From contig DMWY01000001.1 in NCBI GenBank assembly GCA_003483065.1, forward strand, positions 72,606-136,605: 64,000 nt of DNA, written 5' to 3'. Position numbers and translations under genes: made by a program. Positions 17,958 through 27,885 of the stretch are shown here, one piece after another. The notes under the pieces were generated by a model, which did not search any database, had not been told where the DNA came from, and saw nothing but the letters and a program-made list of their open reading frames with translations. Source of the DNA: Candidatus Moraniibacteriota bacterium. GTDB lineage: Bacteria; Patescibacteriota; Minisyncoccia; Moranbacterales; UBA2206. Each line of letters opens with the position of its first letter. The stretch's first letter is position 1.

Positions 17958-18971
17958 TTATCTGTCTTTATAATTTTTCTCGTAGTAATTCTGGTATTCG
18001 CCAGATTTTATTTTTTTCCACCAACTTTCATTTTCTTTGTACCACTGAATAGTTTTTTTCATTCCATCTTCAAAAGAAGTTTTTGGCGTCCAGCCAAGTT
18101 CGTGCTGAATCTTGGAAGAATCAATTGAATAGCGTAAATCATGCCCTTTTCGATCTGCTACAAATTCAATCATTTTTTCGTCCTTGCCCATAAATTCTAG
18201 AATTTTATAGGTAATTTCTTTGTTAGTTTTTTCGCAGTTTCCACCAATGCAATAAGTTTCGCCAATTTTGCCTTTTTGCAAAATAAGATCAACTGCGCCG
18301 GAGTGATCTTCAACGTAGAGCCAATCGCGAACATTCATTCCATCGCCATAGAGTGGAATTTTTTTGTCTTCAATTAAATTTGTCACAAATAGTGGGATTA
18401 GTTTTTCTGGAAATTGATAGAAGCCATAATTATTAGAACAATTAGAAATTGTAATTGGCAGACCGAAAGTGTGAAAATAGGCTCGTACCAAGTGGTCTGA
18501 AGACGCTTTAGAGGCGCTGTAGGGGCTCCTGGGGTCATAAGGTGTGGTTTCATTGAAAGGTGCGTCATTTGGGCCAAGGGATCCAAAAACCTCGTCCGTG
18601 GAAACGTGATGAAAACGAATATTGCCATTTTGACGGGCTGCTTCCAATAAATTGAATGTGCCTAGGACATTCGTTCGAACAAAAGCTTCTGGTCCTAAGA
18701 TTGAGCGATCTACATGTGATTCAGCGGCGTAGTGCACGATGGCATCTGGTTTTTCATCGGAAATTATTTCGTTGATTTTTTCTTTGTCGGAAATATCAGC
18801 TTTGACAAATTTATAATTCGGATTATTTTCAATAGATTTCAAATTTTCCAAATTGCCGGCATAAGTCAAGGCGTCTAAATTGACGATTTTGTCCTCGGGA
18901 TGTTTTTCGATCCAATAGTGAATAAAATTTGAACCGATGAACCCTGCACCTCCTGTGACTAATAGTTTCAT
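17958..18971 (-). CDS. rfbB: dTDP-glucose 4,6-dehydratase
   Basis: TGGAGFIGSNF Rossmann motif, YSASKASSD catalytic YxxxK, and RmlB-specific C-terminal region. Confidence 0.9.
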   Translation of the reverse strand: MKLLVTGGAGFIGSNFIHYWIEKHPEDKIVNLDALTYAGNLENLKSIENNPNYKFVKADISDKEKINEIISDEKPDAIVHYAAESHVDRSILGPEAFVRTNVLGTFNLLEAARQNGNIRFHHVSTDEVFGSLGPNDAPFNETTPYDPRSPYSASKASSDHLVRAYFHTFGLPITISNCSNNYGFYQFPEKLIPLFVTNLIEDKKIPLYGDGMNVRDWLYVEDHSGAVDLILQKGKIGETYCIGGNCEKTNKEITYKILEFMGKDEKMIEFVADRKGHDLRYSIDSSKIQHELGWTPKTSFEDGMKKTIQWYKENESWWKKIKSGEYQNYYEKNYKDR

Positions 18972-18981
18972 ATGGTTTTTT

Positions 18982-19527
18982 TTAAAATTTATTATCTAAA
19001 TTTTTCAAATTTGGCCATTTGCTGTCGCGCTCAGAAAGAATTGGATTTTCCAGAGGCCAGTTAATTTTCAAATCTGGATCATTCCAAGCGATTCCACCTT
19101 CAAAGTCAGGCTCATAAAAATTGTCCGCTTTATATAGAACCTCCGTATTATTTTCCAGCGTTATAAATCCATGTGCAAAACCACGCGGAACAAAAAGCAT
19201 TTGAAAATTTTCGGCTGATAGCTCGAAGGCTTCCCATTTTCCAAATGTTTCACTGTCACGGCGAAGATCAACGATTACATCTAAAATTTTGCCACTTATA
19301 ACTCTTATGAGTTTGGTTTGCACATATGGTGGAAGTTGAAAATGCAGTCCGCGAAGCGTTCCTTTTTTTTCTGATTTTGAATGATTGTCTTGCACAAATT
19401 CTGCTTCAATCCCCTCTTTCTCAAATTTTTTCTTAGAATAACTTTCCAAGAAAAATCCTCGGTTGTCGCCAAAAACTTGTGGCTTAATTATGCGTGCGTC
19501 TTTGAGGGTGGTTTTTATAAATTCCAT
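18982..19527 (-). CDS. rfbC: dTDP-4-dehydrorhamnose 3,5-epimerase
   Basis: RGLHFQ...GFAHGF cupin motifs of RmlC. Confidence 0.9.
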   Translation of the reverse strand: MEFIKTTLKDARIIKPQVFGDNRGFFLESYSKKKFEKEGIEAEFVQDNHSKSEKKGTLRGLHFQLPPYVQTKLIRVISGKILDVIVDLRRDSETFGKWEAFELSAENFQMLFVPRGFAHGFITLENNTEVLYKADNFYEPDFEGGIAWNDPDLKINWPLENPILSERDSKWPNLKNLDNKF

Positions 19528-19529
19528 AA

Positions 19530-19700
19530 ATTTTCATTTCCCCCTTCTCCCTTAGGGAGAAGGTGCCCAAAGGGCGGATGAGGGAGAAACTAAGATTGTT
19601 TTATTATTTTAAATTTAATTCTTCCCTCTCTGTCGCGAGTACGCGACATCTCTCCCAAAGGGAGAGAGGGAATCTTTTGTTTTTTCTATTCTATCACACC
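19530..19700 (-). promoter_or_regulatory. GC-rich multi-hairpin leader upstream of rfbC-rfbB
   Basis: Hairpins CCTTCTCCC-tta-GGGAGAAGG (19543-19563), GCCC-aaa-GGGC (19565-19577) and TTCCCTCTCT...AGAGAGGGAA (19622-19672, with nested GTCGCG-agta-CGCGAC). A GGGGG run 13 nt before the rfbC ATG lies inside the first hairpin. Confidence 0.35.
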
Positions 19701-19715
19701 CAAAAATTAAATAAA

Positions 19716-19745
19716 GCCCGACCAGAAAATTCTCTGGTCGGGCTT
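19716..19745 (-). terminator. Rho-independent terminator
   Basis: GCCCGACCAGA-aaattc-TCTGGTCGGGC (11-bp stem) followed on the minus strand by a T-rich tract. Confidence 0.5.
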
Positions 19746-19868
19746 CGGGCATTTTTTTATGTCATGCAATAGCTTACAGATGCTATGACAAGCATAAAGC
19801 CGGCAACCCAAGAAACAACGCCGGTGAGAAAATAATAATATTTCAACTTATATCTCCTCTTCTGTTGA

Positions 19869-20042
19869 TTATGGGATAAATTTGGAATGATGACATTTTT
19901 GACAAATAAGTCTAACGCCATCTTCGGGAATTTCGAAATCATATTCCGTATCCCAGCTACCGCATTTGCGACAGCGGTTGGAAAAACGGAAAATCAAATA
20001 AACAACAGCCAGAATTGCAAAGATTGCTCCAATTATTTTCAT
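19869..20042 (-). CDS. small membrane-anchored zinc-ribbon protein (57 aa)
   Basis: MKIIGAIFAILAVVYLIF (TM) followed by RCRKCGSWD-x17-ICQKCHH (CxxC...CxxC). Overlaps the ORF-track ORF 19757-19942 in another frame; which of the two is real is unresolved. Confidence 0.35.
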   Translation of the reverse strand: MKIIGAIFAILAVVYLIFRFSNRCRKCGSWDTEYDFEIPEDGVRLICQKCHHSKFIP

Positions 20043-20123
20043 TGCATTTTCCTTTTTTAATCTCCTCGGTTTATTGTTAAAAAAACTTCCTCCCTTGTTT
20101 ATATAAAAAATTTTATATCAAAA

Positions 20124-21509
20124 TTATTTCTCTTTTGATAATTTCCATTCGTTCTTAATGTTAACATCATAACTTTTCCTTTCTCCATTTTTATTAATAA
20201 CTGTTATTTTCCCTGGGAGCTGTGAGACACCAGATTGTTTTTGTATTAATAGATCATAATTATTTATATCCAAATCTTTGAGGGTATAGTTAAATTCTAC
20301 AGTTTTGGTTTGATTGAGTGGTACGGTAAAAAGCGTGCCAAAATATTGTTTGTTAAATTCTTTGTCAAATTTTATTTTTCCTGTGTCATTAGAATTTTCT
20401 AGCCAAGCGTCTTTTGGCGCATAAACTCGTAGATAGGTTTGATAATCTTTAGTCATCCAATCTTGGGCTTTCCCCCTATGAGTATAAGTTATTTTGAGAT
20501 TAGCGGTTGGTTTTTCGCCAGACAAATCGACAACATAATCAAAAGAGCGATCAATATAATAGTCGCTTTTATATGATGCTAGATTAGCATCAATCATCAT
20601 CAGATAATCCCCTTTCCACGTTGAATTTATTTCTCCGGCCCAAAAAGAGTTCTTGGCTTGATTTTCTAAATCTTGATCTTTGAAATATAGTTGAATATTT
20701 TTATTATTCAAATCTTCCAAAATAATTTTAGCCAAATCAAATTTTTGCGAATTATTCAAAGTAAAAACTTTTTCCATTAGTACGTTAGCTAGTTCATTCA
20801 TGATAGTTTTTCGCTCACCCCTTTCAATTCCTTGTTCAGTATAGCCCTTCTCTACTTGATATTCCAAATTTAACACAGCGTTCTCACTGTTAAATGTTGC
20901 TGGGTAATCTGGCAAAGTGACGGGTCCAGTGATTTTCAAAAAAGAATTTAGCACATTGGTGTTAACTGCCACGATGCCATCAAAAGTTTCTTGACCTTGT
21001 CCTAGGCGATAAAAATACTCAGCTTTCTTGGCATTTTCGGAAAAATCTGGCGACCAATTGGAATCTCGCAATTTCCATGAATCTATACGCAAAGTTTCTT
21101 TCATTGGATATGGAGGTTCAATGTTTGATGGAATTCTCCCGTCAAAATTAGACAGGTCGTGTGATTGAAATTCAATTACTTTTCCGTTTTTAATTTTCAA
21201 AATTCCAAAAGCTCCAATAAATCCTCCTCCTGGACGAATCTCCATATTATTTTGAAAAAGAATCAAAAAAGTTTTTTCCATATCATCTTGCGCCAAAAGA
21301 TAATTTGCAAAATAGGCAATAGATTTATATTCTGTTTTTTGTGAAAGCTCAATCGGAAGAAAATTAATAGCCCCAGAGATAATTTTTTCTGGTTGTTTTC
21401 TAACTTCTAGAAAAAAATAAAAACCTACCAAAAATACTATGGCCATTGACCAAAAAATGATCCAGAATTTCAAAGAGTATTGTTTTGACATAGTATTATA
21501 ACTTGCCAC
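20124..21509 (-). CDS. DUF4012-like extracytoplasmic protein (N-terminal TM anchor)
   Basis: RPGGGFIGAFG motif and overall similarity to the larger paralogue 50695-53169 (RATGGFVGSYA). This family is typically linked to cell-envelope polysaccharide loci. Confidence 0.55.
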   Translation of the reverse strand: MASYNTMSKQYSLKFWIIFWSMAIVFLVGFYFFLEVRKQPEKIISGAINFLPIELSQKTEYKSIAYFANYLLAQDDMEKTFLILFQNNMEIRPGGGFIGAFGILKIKNGKVIEFQSHDLSNFDGRIPSNIEPPYPMKETLRIDSWKLRDSNWSPDFSENAKKAEYFYRLGQGQETFDGIVAVNTNVLNSFLKITGPVTLPDYPATFNSENAVLNLEYQVEKGYTEQGIERGERKTIMNELANVLMEKVFTLNNSQKFDLAKIILEDLNNKNIQLYFKDQDLENQAKNSFWAGEINSTWKGDYLMMIDANLASYKSDYYIDRSFDYVVDLSGEKPTANLKITYTHRGKAQDWMTKDYQTYLRVYAPKDAWLENSNDTGKIKFDKEFNKQYFGTLFTVPLNQTKTVEFNYTLKDLDINNYDLLIQKQSGVSQLPGKITVINKNGERKSYDVNIKNEWKLSKEK

Positions 21510-22389
21510 TCAAAAGTCGATTTAGTCTTTCTTTGACTTCTTCTGCAGTAGCTTCATGAATTAGTGGAGTTTTTACTCCCTCTTTTTTAGGTTCTTCCTT
21601 TTGAGGTTGTTCAAATACGGGAATATCTTCGGCAATCGGCAAATTATCCGGTGCAACGGCTTTTTTGCCAAAAATAGGAATGTATCCTTCTGTTTCTGTG
21701 GTTGGTTTTTTTTCTTTTAATATTTTTGTCTCAGGTTGTTTAGGTTCTATGTTTCTTAGCGTCTCCTTATATGACCAAGCAAGGCTTGCTTTTGGTTTTT
21801 CTTTCAACTGGTCTTGTATAAATAAAAACAAAAAATAATTTAGTACAAAAGCCAAGACGAATCCTATTGGTAGACTTTTGAGAAGTGAATAAGAATACGA
21901 ACCAGAAAAAGAATCTTTAGTTATGGGACCGTCAATTATCCTAATATCAATATCATTTTTTATATCATAATAAGCACCAATAATACTCAGAAGAGTCTTG
22001 ACTGTTTGTGTACTCAAGACTTCTGCTGTGTATGAATCGTTGTCTTTTGCGATAAATTCCAAAACAGAACTATTGCCCACTCTCCTGATTTCAACTATTT
22101 CATTCCAATAATCTTTTCGTTTATAATCAGGCAATTCTGACATTACTTCATTTTGCGCATCTTCCTCATCTTGCACTACTCTGTCATAAAAGGAGAGTGA
22201 TTTTGGTAGCACAGTTATATTTTCTAAGATAATATTAGCATTTTGGGCTGATTTTTCACTTTTAAAGATAACCAAAATATCAGTTTGAGATTTATAGGTG
22301 CGGTTTAGATTGATAAGCACCAAAAAAACAAACGCAGTTGCGAAAATAAAAATAATATAGAATTTTTTTAATTTAAATATTTCTAACAT
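21496..22389 (-). CDS. Wzz/chain-length-determinant-like bitopic membrane protein
   Basis: TM-periplasmic domain-TM topology. N-terminal YKSQTDILVIF resembles the Wzz N-terminal motif; paralogue at 30805-31539. Confidence 0.35.
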   Translation of the reverse strand: MLEIFKLKKFYIIFIFATAFVFLVLINLNRTYKSQTDILVIFKSEKSAQNANIILENITVLPKSLSFYDRVVQDEEDAQNEVMSELPDYKRKDYWNEIVEIRRVGNSSVLEFIAKDNDSYTAEVLSTQTVKTLLSIIGAYYDIKNDIDIRIIDGPITKDSFSGSYSYSLLKSLPIGFVLAFVLNYFLFLFIQDQLKEKPKASLAWSYKETLRNIEPKQPETKILKEKKPTTETEGYIPIFGKKAVAPDNLPIAEDIPVFEQPQKEEPKKEGVKTPLIHEATAEEVKERLNRLLSGKL

Positions 22390-22398
22390 AAAAATTTT

Positions 22399-23535
22399 CT
22401 ATGAACGTTTTTTGTTCAAAACTTCCTCGTAAACAGCTTCTACTTGGTCTACTATTTTATCCCAGCTAAACTGCGACCAAGCCTTTTCCATAGCTTTTTC
22501 TCCCATATTTTTCACGAGCGCCGGATTATTGATAAGGAAAATTAATTTTTCTTCTAAATCACGCGCATCGCCCGAGCGAAAAGATATACTTACCTCAGCA
22601 TTAAGTGCCTGCATATTTTCTTTGATATCGCTAGAGAGAATTGCTTTGCCATATCCCATAGCTTCAAGTAGCGCAAGAGACAGCCCTTCTGATTCTGATG
22701 GCTGAACAAAACAATAACTATGTGAAAAAAGTTGATTGAGTGCTTCGTTAGTTTGGCTACCGGTAAAGATAATATTTTCTCGACCACGCGAAGCGTCCTT
22801 AATTTCTTTTACGTATTCATCGGTATAAAATCCATCACCAACAATTACTAATTTTTTTCCGCGTGTTAGATGCTTATCTTCTAAATTCTTGAAAGCCTCA
22901 ATAAGATAGTGAACGCCCTTATGTCTAATTAATCGGCCAACAGACAAGATATAACTGCCTTTTTGCAAATTCCATTTGGCCAGATATTGACTTTCCTCCG
23001 TCGGAAAAACATTCATGCCATTAGGAATGACCACGGCTTGTTTTTTGAATTTAGCTAAAATATAATCACCTAAAATTTTCGAAACCGCAATTGTTTTGTC
23101 GGGAAAAACCGAGGTGACTATTTCACCAAATTTAAGGCAGGTGCGCGCAAACCAATTCCATTTCTTGTGAAAATAATCTTGGCAATGATAAGTAGCGATA
23201 ATAGCAGTTTTTCTTTTGAAAATTTTTGGAATTATGGAAAGTGAACTTGGTCCAATTGCTTGATAGTGAAGTACGTCGTAGTTTTGAAATAGAGCGTGGA
23301 TCGTAGCAAGAAAAGTGTGGCTAATTGCGTCTAGGTGCTTGGTTGGAATACTTGGCAAATGAATGAGTTTTATACCCCGGTAAACATTCAGATTTTTTGG
23401 CGTATAGTTATTTCGCACATACACAAAAACCCCATGTCCTTTTTGGGCAAGTCTGGCAGCGATTTCCTCAACATGTTTCTCAACTCCACCGGATTTCGCT
23501 GGTATTCCTTTTTGACCTATAAACGCAATTTTCAT
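22399..23535 (-). CDS. glycosyltransferase family 4
   Basis: GT-B fold, E-x7-E region EGLSLALLEAMGYGKAIL. Confidence 0.85.
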   Translation of the reverse strand: MKIAFIGQKGIPAKSGGVEKHVEEIAARLAQKGHGVFVYVRNNYTPKNLNVYRGIKLIHLPSIPTKHLDAISHTFLATIHALFQNYDVLHYQAIGPSSLSIIPKIFKRKTAIIATYHCQDYFHKKWNWFARTCLKFGEIVTSVFPDKTIAVSKILGDYILAKFKKQAVVIPNGMNVFPTEESQYLAKWNLQKGSYILSVGRLIRHKGVHYLIEAFKNLEDKHLTRGKKLVIVGDGFYTDEYVKEIKDASRGRENIIFTGSQTNEALNQLFSHSYCFVQPSESEGLSLALLEAMGYGKAILSSDIKENMQALNAEVSISFRSGDARDLEEKLIFLINNPALVKNMGEKAMEKAWSQFSWDKIVDQVEAVYEEVLNKKRS

Positions 23536-23544
23536 TCTGTTATT

Positions 23545-24531
23545 TTATTTTATATAAAGCACGCTAGAAATGTCTCCGGAAATATTTCCCCAAATCTCTG
23601 GAGTAATTCCGTAGGTTAGATTTTTTGTCCAAGAAATATAGCCAGCTCTTTGAAGCCGAGCAATTCCATGGCGACCATTATCCACAATTTTTGTTTTGGA
23701 AATATCAATTCTTCCATCAGTGCCATAAGAAGAAATTTCGATTCCCTCTCGACTGTTTCTGCGAATGTCATTATTTTTAGTCCAAATGCTGGATTGATCA
23801 ATAACAAGTTTCATTCCACTACCCTTGTTGTCCTTTATGGAAGTCCCACCTATCCAAGCGCTTGTTCCCCGTGCCAAATCAATCCCATCTTTTTTGTTGC
23901 CAGAAATTTCACTTTCGGTTATCGAAATTCTTCTGGCCCCAGCTCCATAAATGCCCGACCAGTTATTATCCTTAATTTTAGTTTTAGAAATAGAAACCTG
24001 ATTAGATTTTTTTGTGTTTCCTCCTTCAATAGCAATACCAGTACCATTGTCTTTCACGATACAATTAATGATACTCGCCTCAGCATCTTTCTCCACCCAA
24101 ATTCCATTTTTGCCATTTCTAATAGTGACACCATCGATTGTGGAATTATTTTTCATTGATATCGTAGCTTGCTTTTCTTTCTTCGCTTTGATTATGGTTT
24201 TTTCTCTATCTTCTCCAAAAATTTTTATTCCATTTTTAAGAGAAATATTTTCCTTGTATTCTCCTTTTGCAACATGAATTTCTGCCTTATCTTTAGCATG
24301 ATCAATAGCCTCGCTGATTGACTTGTATGGATGCGAAGCGGAACCATCCCGATTATCCCCTGCCTTATGATCTACATAGAGATAACTTTTTCGACTAGAA
24401 GAAGCAAACATCGGCAAGGTTATGATTGTCAATGCAAGAAACGTAAAAATAGCTATTTTTAGCCCTTTATTCACTCGGACTACTTGTTTAAACTTAAACA
24501 TTTGTTTATAAATATGATTAATTATTAACAA
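23545..24531 (-). CDS. secreted right-handed parallel beta-helix repeat protein
   Basis: Signal/TM N-terminus and repeated NGxGI...GG beta-helix turns (NGTGIAIEGG, DGIDLARG, GSGMKL). Confidence 0.55.
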   Translation of the reverse strand: MLIINHIYKQMFKFKQVVRVNKGLKIAIFTFLALTIITLPMFASSSRKSYLYVDHKAGDNRDGSASHPYKSISEAIDHAKDKAEIHVAKGEYKENISLKNGIKIFGEDREKTIIKAKKEKQATISMKNNSTIDGVTIRNGKNGIWVEKDAEASIINCIVKDNGTGIAIEGGNTKKSNQVSISKTKIKDNNWSGIYGAGARRISITESEISGNKKDGIDLARGTSAWIGGTSIKDNKGSGMKLVIDQSSIWTKNNDIRRNSREGIEISSYGTDGRIDISKTKIVDNGRHGIARLQRAGYISWTKNLTYGITPEIWGNISGDISSVLYIK

Positions 24532-24697
24532 TGGACAATAGCACTTTAGCTTAATTTTGTCAAATTTTTTTAGTTCTGTTTTTTTCTATTATTTAATACA
24601 ACCAAATTTGAATTTTTTTGTGTATAAAAAGTCAAAAAAATAAGGCCGAGAAGTGCAGTGGCACGACTCGACCTTATCGATTTTTTCGCTGGGAGTT

Positions 24698-25171
24698 TTA
24701 TTCCCAAGAGCAATGGGGATTTCCGTCTCCGTAGGAAACCAATCCATTCTTTTTCGTACCGTTGGTTTTGACGAAATCAATATTAATGGAATATACTTCT
24801 CCGCTTTTTGATTCAATCGTAACCAATCCTTTGTCACCGGTGGTAAAAAGTTCAGTTATGCTTGTGGCATTGTTGATAAATATAGCTAGCTTATACGGCC
24901 AGCCACACATTCCGTTCCAGATAACCCGTTTGGTTTGATTAACTGGAAGGGTTGCCGCTTTACCATCCTTTACGATATTAACGACATTTCCTTCTTTGAT
25001 GGCCAGCTTAACTAAAAGCGAGCCGTCATTAGAAAATTGAAGGTTGTGGTAAACTTCTTCTTCTACTGGCGGATTTGAATTGTTTTTATCTGATGATCCT
25101 CCCCCACCGCTACAAGCGGTAAGAGAAATGATTGCCAATAATGCTACTGCCATTTTTTTAAGGTACTTCAT
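24698..25171 (-). CDS. lipoprotein
   Basis: MKYLKKMAVALLAIISLTAC lipobox followed by a Gly/Ser-rich linker. Start moved to the internal Met. Confidence 0.5.
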   Translation of the reverse strand: MKYLKKMAVALLAIISLTACSGGGGSSDKNNSNPPVEEEVYHNLQFSNDGSLLVKLAIKEGNVVNIVKDGKAATLPVNQTKRVIWNGMCGWPYKLAIFINNATSITELFTTGDKGLVTIESKSGEVYSINIDFVKTNGTKKNGLVSYGDGNPHCSWE

Positions 25172-25240
25172 CGTCGTTCTCCTTTTTTTTTGTGTTATTT
25201 TTGGTTGTTTGTTTTTTTTGACTCTATTAAAATCTTTCAA

Positions 25241-26419
25241 TTATCGTGTTAATGTTTCTATAATTTCCATAAATTTCTGATAATATTTTTCTTGTCCGAA
25301 TTTTTCTTGGGCAATTTGCGCGATTTCTATTTCATTAAAAATAATAGTCTTAGAAACTATTTGGGAAATTTTTTCCTCGACTTCTCTGATATTATTACAA
25401 ATAAAACCGGTTTTTCCTTGCTCGATTATTTCCCTGTAAGCGCCAGCATTGAGGCCAACAAAGGGTTTTCCTAGTGCAATTGATTCTAGAGCGACTAGGC
25501 CGAAAGTTTCCGGCAAGCGAGAAAAAGAAACGCAAAAGGCAGCTTTTTTTATGTAACTTTGAACTTCTTCTTTGGTTAATTTTCCCAAATATTTGATATT
25601 TTTATCCTGAATTATCTGCGTATCATCTTCGATTTCTCCGGCAATATACAATTTTATGCCGCTAATCTTTTGAAAAGTTTTCATTAATTCCGGCACGCCC
25701 TTATCCTTAGAAATTCTCCCAAAATAGAAGGCATAAGGAGAGTGTTTTTGATCCTCAAGTTTTTCGTCTAACTTTGAATCGGGGACAAAATGGCTTAAAT
25801 TAAGTATTTTTTTACTTTCTATCCCCCATTTTTTGAGTTTTTCGGCTACAAACAAACTTGGAGAAATAAATAAGTCTATTTTATCTTTCCAGCCCAAAAT
25901 ATCTTCAAAATAAGTTTTTAAGACTAAAAGTAATCTTTTTGGCAACGAATATTTTTGGCTTAGGAATAAAAACTTCCAATATTTTTTGCCAACACTTTCC
26001 AAGAACTCGTCTTTGTCAGGAGAAATCAAATGATAATCATGCACAGTCATGATGATTGGAATTTTTCTTCTTTTAATTTCGCTAATTATAGAAAAAGAAA
26101 TTTGATGATAGGTATTGTGAATATGGACAATGTCTGGTTGAAAATCATTCAAGAGCTTTTTGATTTTTCTCTTGGCTTCAAAAGAATAGAACATTCGGCA
26201 CACCCCAATTATTTTTTGTACAATAGTGGAATCATTTTTATTATACCCAACATAACTCACGAAATATTTTTCCCATTGAGAAGGTTCGTTTTTCTCATTT
26301 TCCATAGAAAAAATTGCCACTTCGTGACTTTTTGATTCGAGCAGTGAAACAACATCCAAGAAGTGTCGATCAGCGCCACCCTTGGGATAGTTATATTTAT
26401 TTATTTCTAAAATTTTCAT
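25241..26419 (-). CDS. glycosyltransferase family 4
   Basis: ETFGLVALESIALGKPFVG GT4 signature. Confidence 0.85.
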   Translation of the reverse strand: MKILEINKYNYPKGGADRHFLDVVSLLESKSHEVAIFSMENEKNEPSQWEKYFVSYVGYNKNDSTIVQKIIGVCRMFYSFEAKRKIKKLLNDFQPDIVHIHNTYHQISFSIISEIKRRKIPIIMTVHDYHLISPDKDEFLESVGKKYWKFLFLSQKYSLPKRLLLVLKTYFEDILGWKDKIDLFISPSLFVAEKLKKWGIESKKILNLSHFVPDSKLDEKLEDQKHSPYAFYFGRISKDKGVPELMKTFQKISGIKLYIAGEIEDDTQIIQDKNIKYLGKLTKEEVQSYIKKAAFCVSFSRLPETFGLVALESIALGKPFVGLNAGAYREIIEQGKTGFICNNIREVEEKISQIVSKTIIFNEIEIAQIAQEKFGQEKYYQKFMEIIETLTR

Positions 26420-27840
26420 ATAGTTATTTTTCGCGATATTCCCAAGGCTATCCAGAAAAAAATTGAAAGCAAATTAGTTTCAAGATATGGCTGAAAACAG
26501 AGTGCGATTACAAAAATTGAAAGCGCACCCAGAACGGAAAATTTATAAAAAATATTTTCCCTTATAGTAATACTTTGAATGAGCTCTTTTATATTATTAT
26601 ATAAAAATAGCAGAAATATCCCTATACCCAGAATTCCTAACTGAATAAAAATTGACAGATATGAATTATGGATATTGCGCACTTCAATGTAATCACGATA
26701 ACTTTCCGTTTCAGCATAAACTTTTTTTCCAGTTCCAATTCCCAAGATCGGATTTTTCTGGAATTCTTTATATGATGCATTCCAAACTAATTTTCTCCAC
26801 GCAAAACTTTCATCAGAATTTGCCTTTCCAATCGAGGCTCCTCTTTGGAATACCGCTTTGGTTGTGTTTTGAAAACTAGTGTATATTTTTGAACTCGGAT
26901 TCATCGACATCGCGTAAATTACAAAAATTCCAAGACAAAGAAAAATAAAAATATATCTATAGGAAATTTCTCTAATTTTTTTTCTATTTTCTTTTGAAAG
27001 TAGGATATAAATAAGAAACATAGTTGAAACAAGAGATATCCAAAGATGGCGCATCATTGTGCCAATAATTCCAATTCCCCAAATGGCTAAAAGCCAGTAG
27101 AAAAGATTCTCCCTTCCCTTTTGAAAGATTAAATAAGCTAAAGCAGAAATAAAGGCCAGGGAAAGATAAAGTCCGTGAGTAAATGCCAAAATTCTGACGC
27201 CTTCTGTTGAAAGCGGAGTAAATTGCGTCCATAAACCTTCCCCGTTTACGATGCCATAAATTATAAAACTAATAACAAAAATTGCTCCCGTAAGAAAAAA
27301 TTGAAAAAATCTTTTCAGGTCATCTACATTTCTAATTAAGATGAATGTAGTAAAGTAAATCAGTGGGTAGAAAGCATAATTTTTTAGCGTAGAAAAAGCT
27401 AGGATCGAATCAGCTTTAATTATGTAGGTGCTAAAAAAGAAATAGAAAATATTAAGAAATATAAATGCCCAAAGCAAATAATCAGATTTTTGCATATGCA
27501 CAGATTTGATTATCTTGAAAATTAGCTGGATCAAAACACTAATAAAAATTGCCAAAAGAATTATGTCTAATGGATAAATTTTGTATTCTACTTTTCCCAT
27601 CAAGATTGTGGAAAGGGTGAAAAATCTTTCAAAGATAATAGTGAGAAATGTGAGGGCAAAAAGTCCGGAGCGTGGGAGAAAAAGAGTCAGAACCAAACTT
27701 ATTCCCATTGCTAAGATGTAGAGTGGCAAAATAAATCCAACCAAGAAATTTGTCAAGATAAAAGTGCTCACGAAAATTATAATAAAAATCGCGCTGATTG
27801 TTTCGAGGTCGATATTCGATTTTTGGCTAATTTGAGGCAT
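26416..27840 (-). CDS. O-antigen ligase/polymerase-like polytopic membrane protein
   Basis: >=10 TM helices with a large loop containing ...WRKLVWN..., typical of the Wzy_C / O-antigen ligase domain. Confidence 0.55.
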   Translation of the reverse strand: MPQISQKSNIDLETISAIFIIIFVSTFILTNFLVGFILPLYILAMGISLVLTLFLPRSGLFALTFLTIIFERFFTLSTILMGKVEYKIYPLDIILLAIFISVLIQLIFKIIKSVHMQKSDYLLWAFIFLNIFYFFFSTYIIKADSILAFSTLKNYAFYPLIYFTTFILIRNVDDLKRFFQFFLTGAIFVISFIIYGIVNGEGLWTQFTPLSTEGVRILAFTHGLYLSLAFISALAYLIFQKGRENLFYWLLAIWGIGIIGTMMRHLWISLVSTMFLIYILLSKENRKKIREISYRYIFIFLCLGIFVIYAMSMNPSSKIYTSFQNTTKAVFQRGASIGKANSDESFAWRKLVWNASYKEFQKNPILGIGTGKKVYAETESYRDYIEVRNIHNSYLSIFIQLGILGIGIFLLFLYNNIKELIQSITIRENIFYKFSVLGALSIFVIALCFQPYLETNLLSIFFWIALGISRKITI

Positions 27841-27885
27841 ATTGTATGTTTCCTATATAACACAAAACAATAGCACAAATCCTAA

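Noticed and set aside
19381-19772. Plus-strand ORFs across the rfbC leader
   Set aside because: Translations of hairpin-rich GC DNA (repeated PLLPLGR-type low complexity) with no start context. The region is better interpreted as regulatory RNA plus a terminator.
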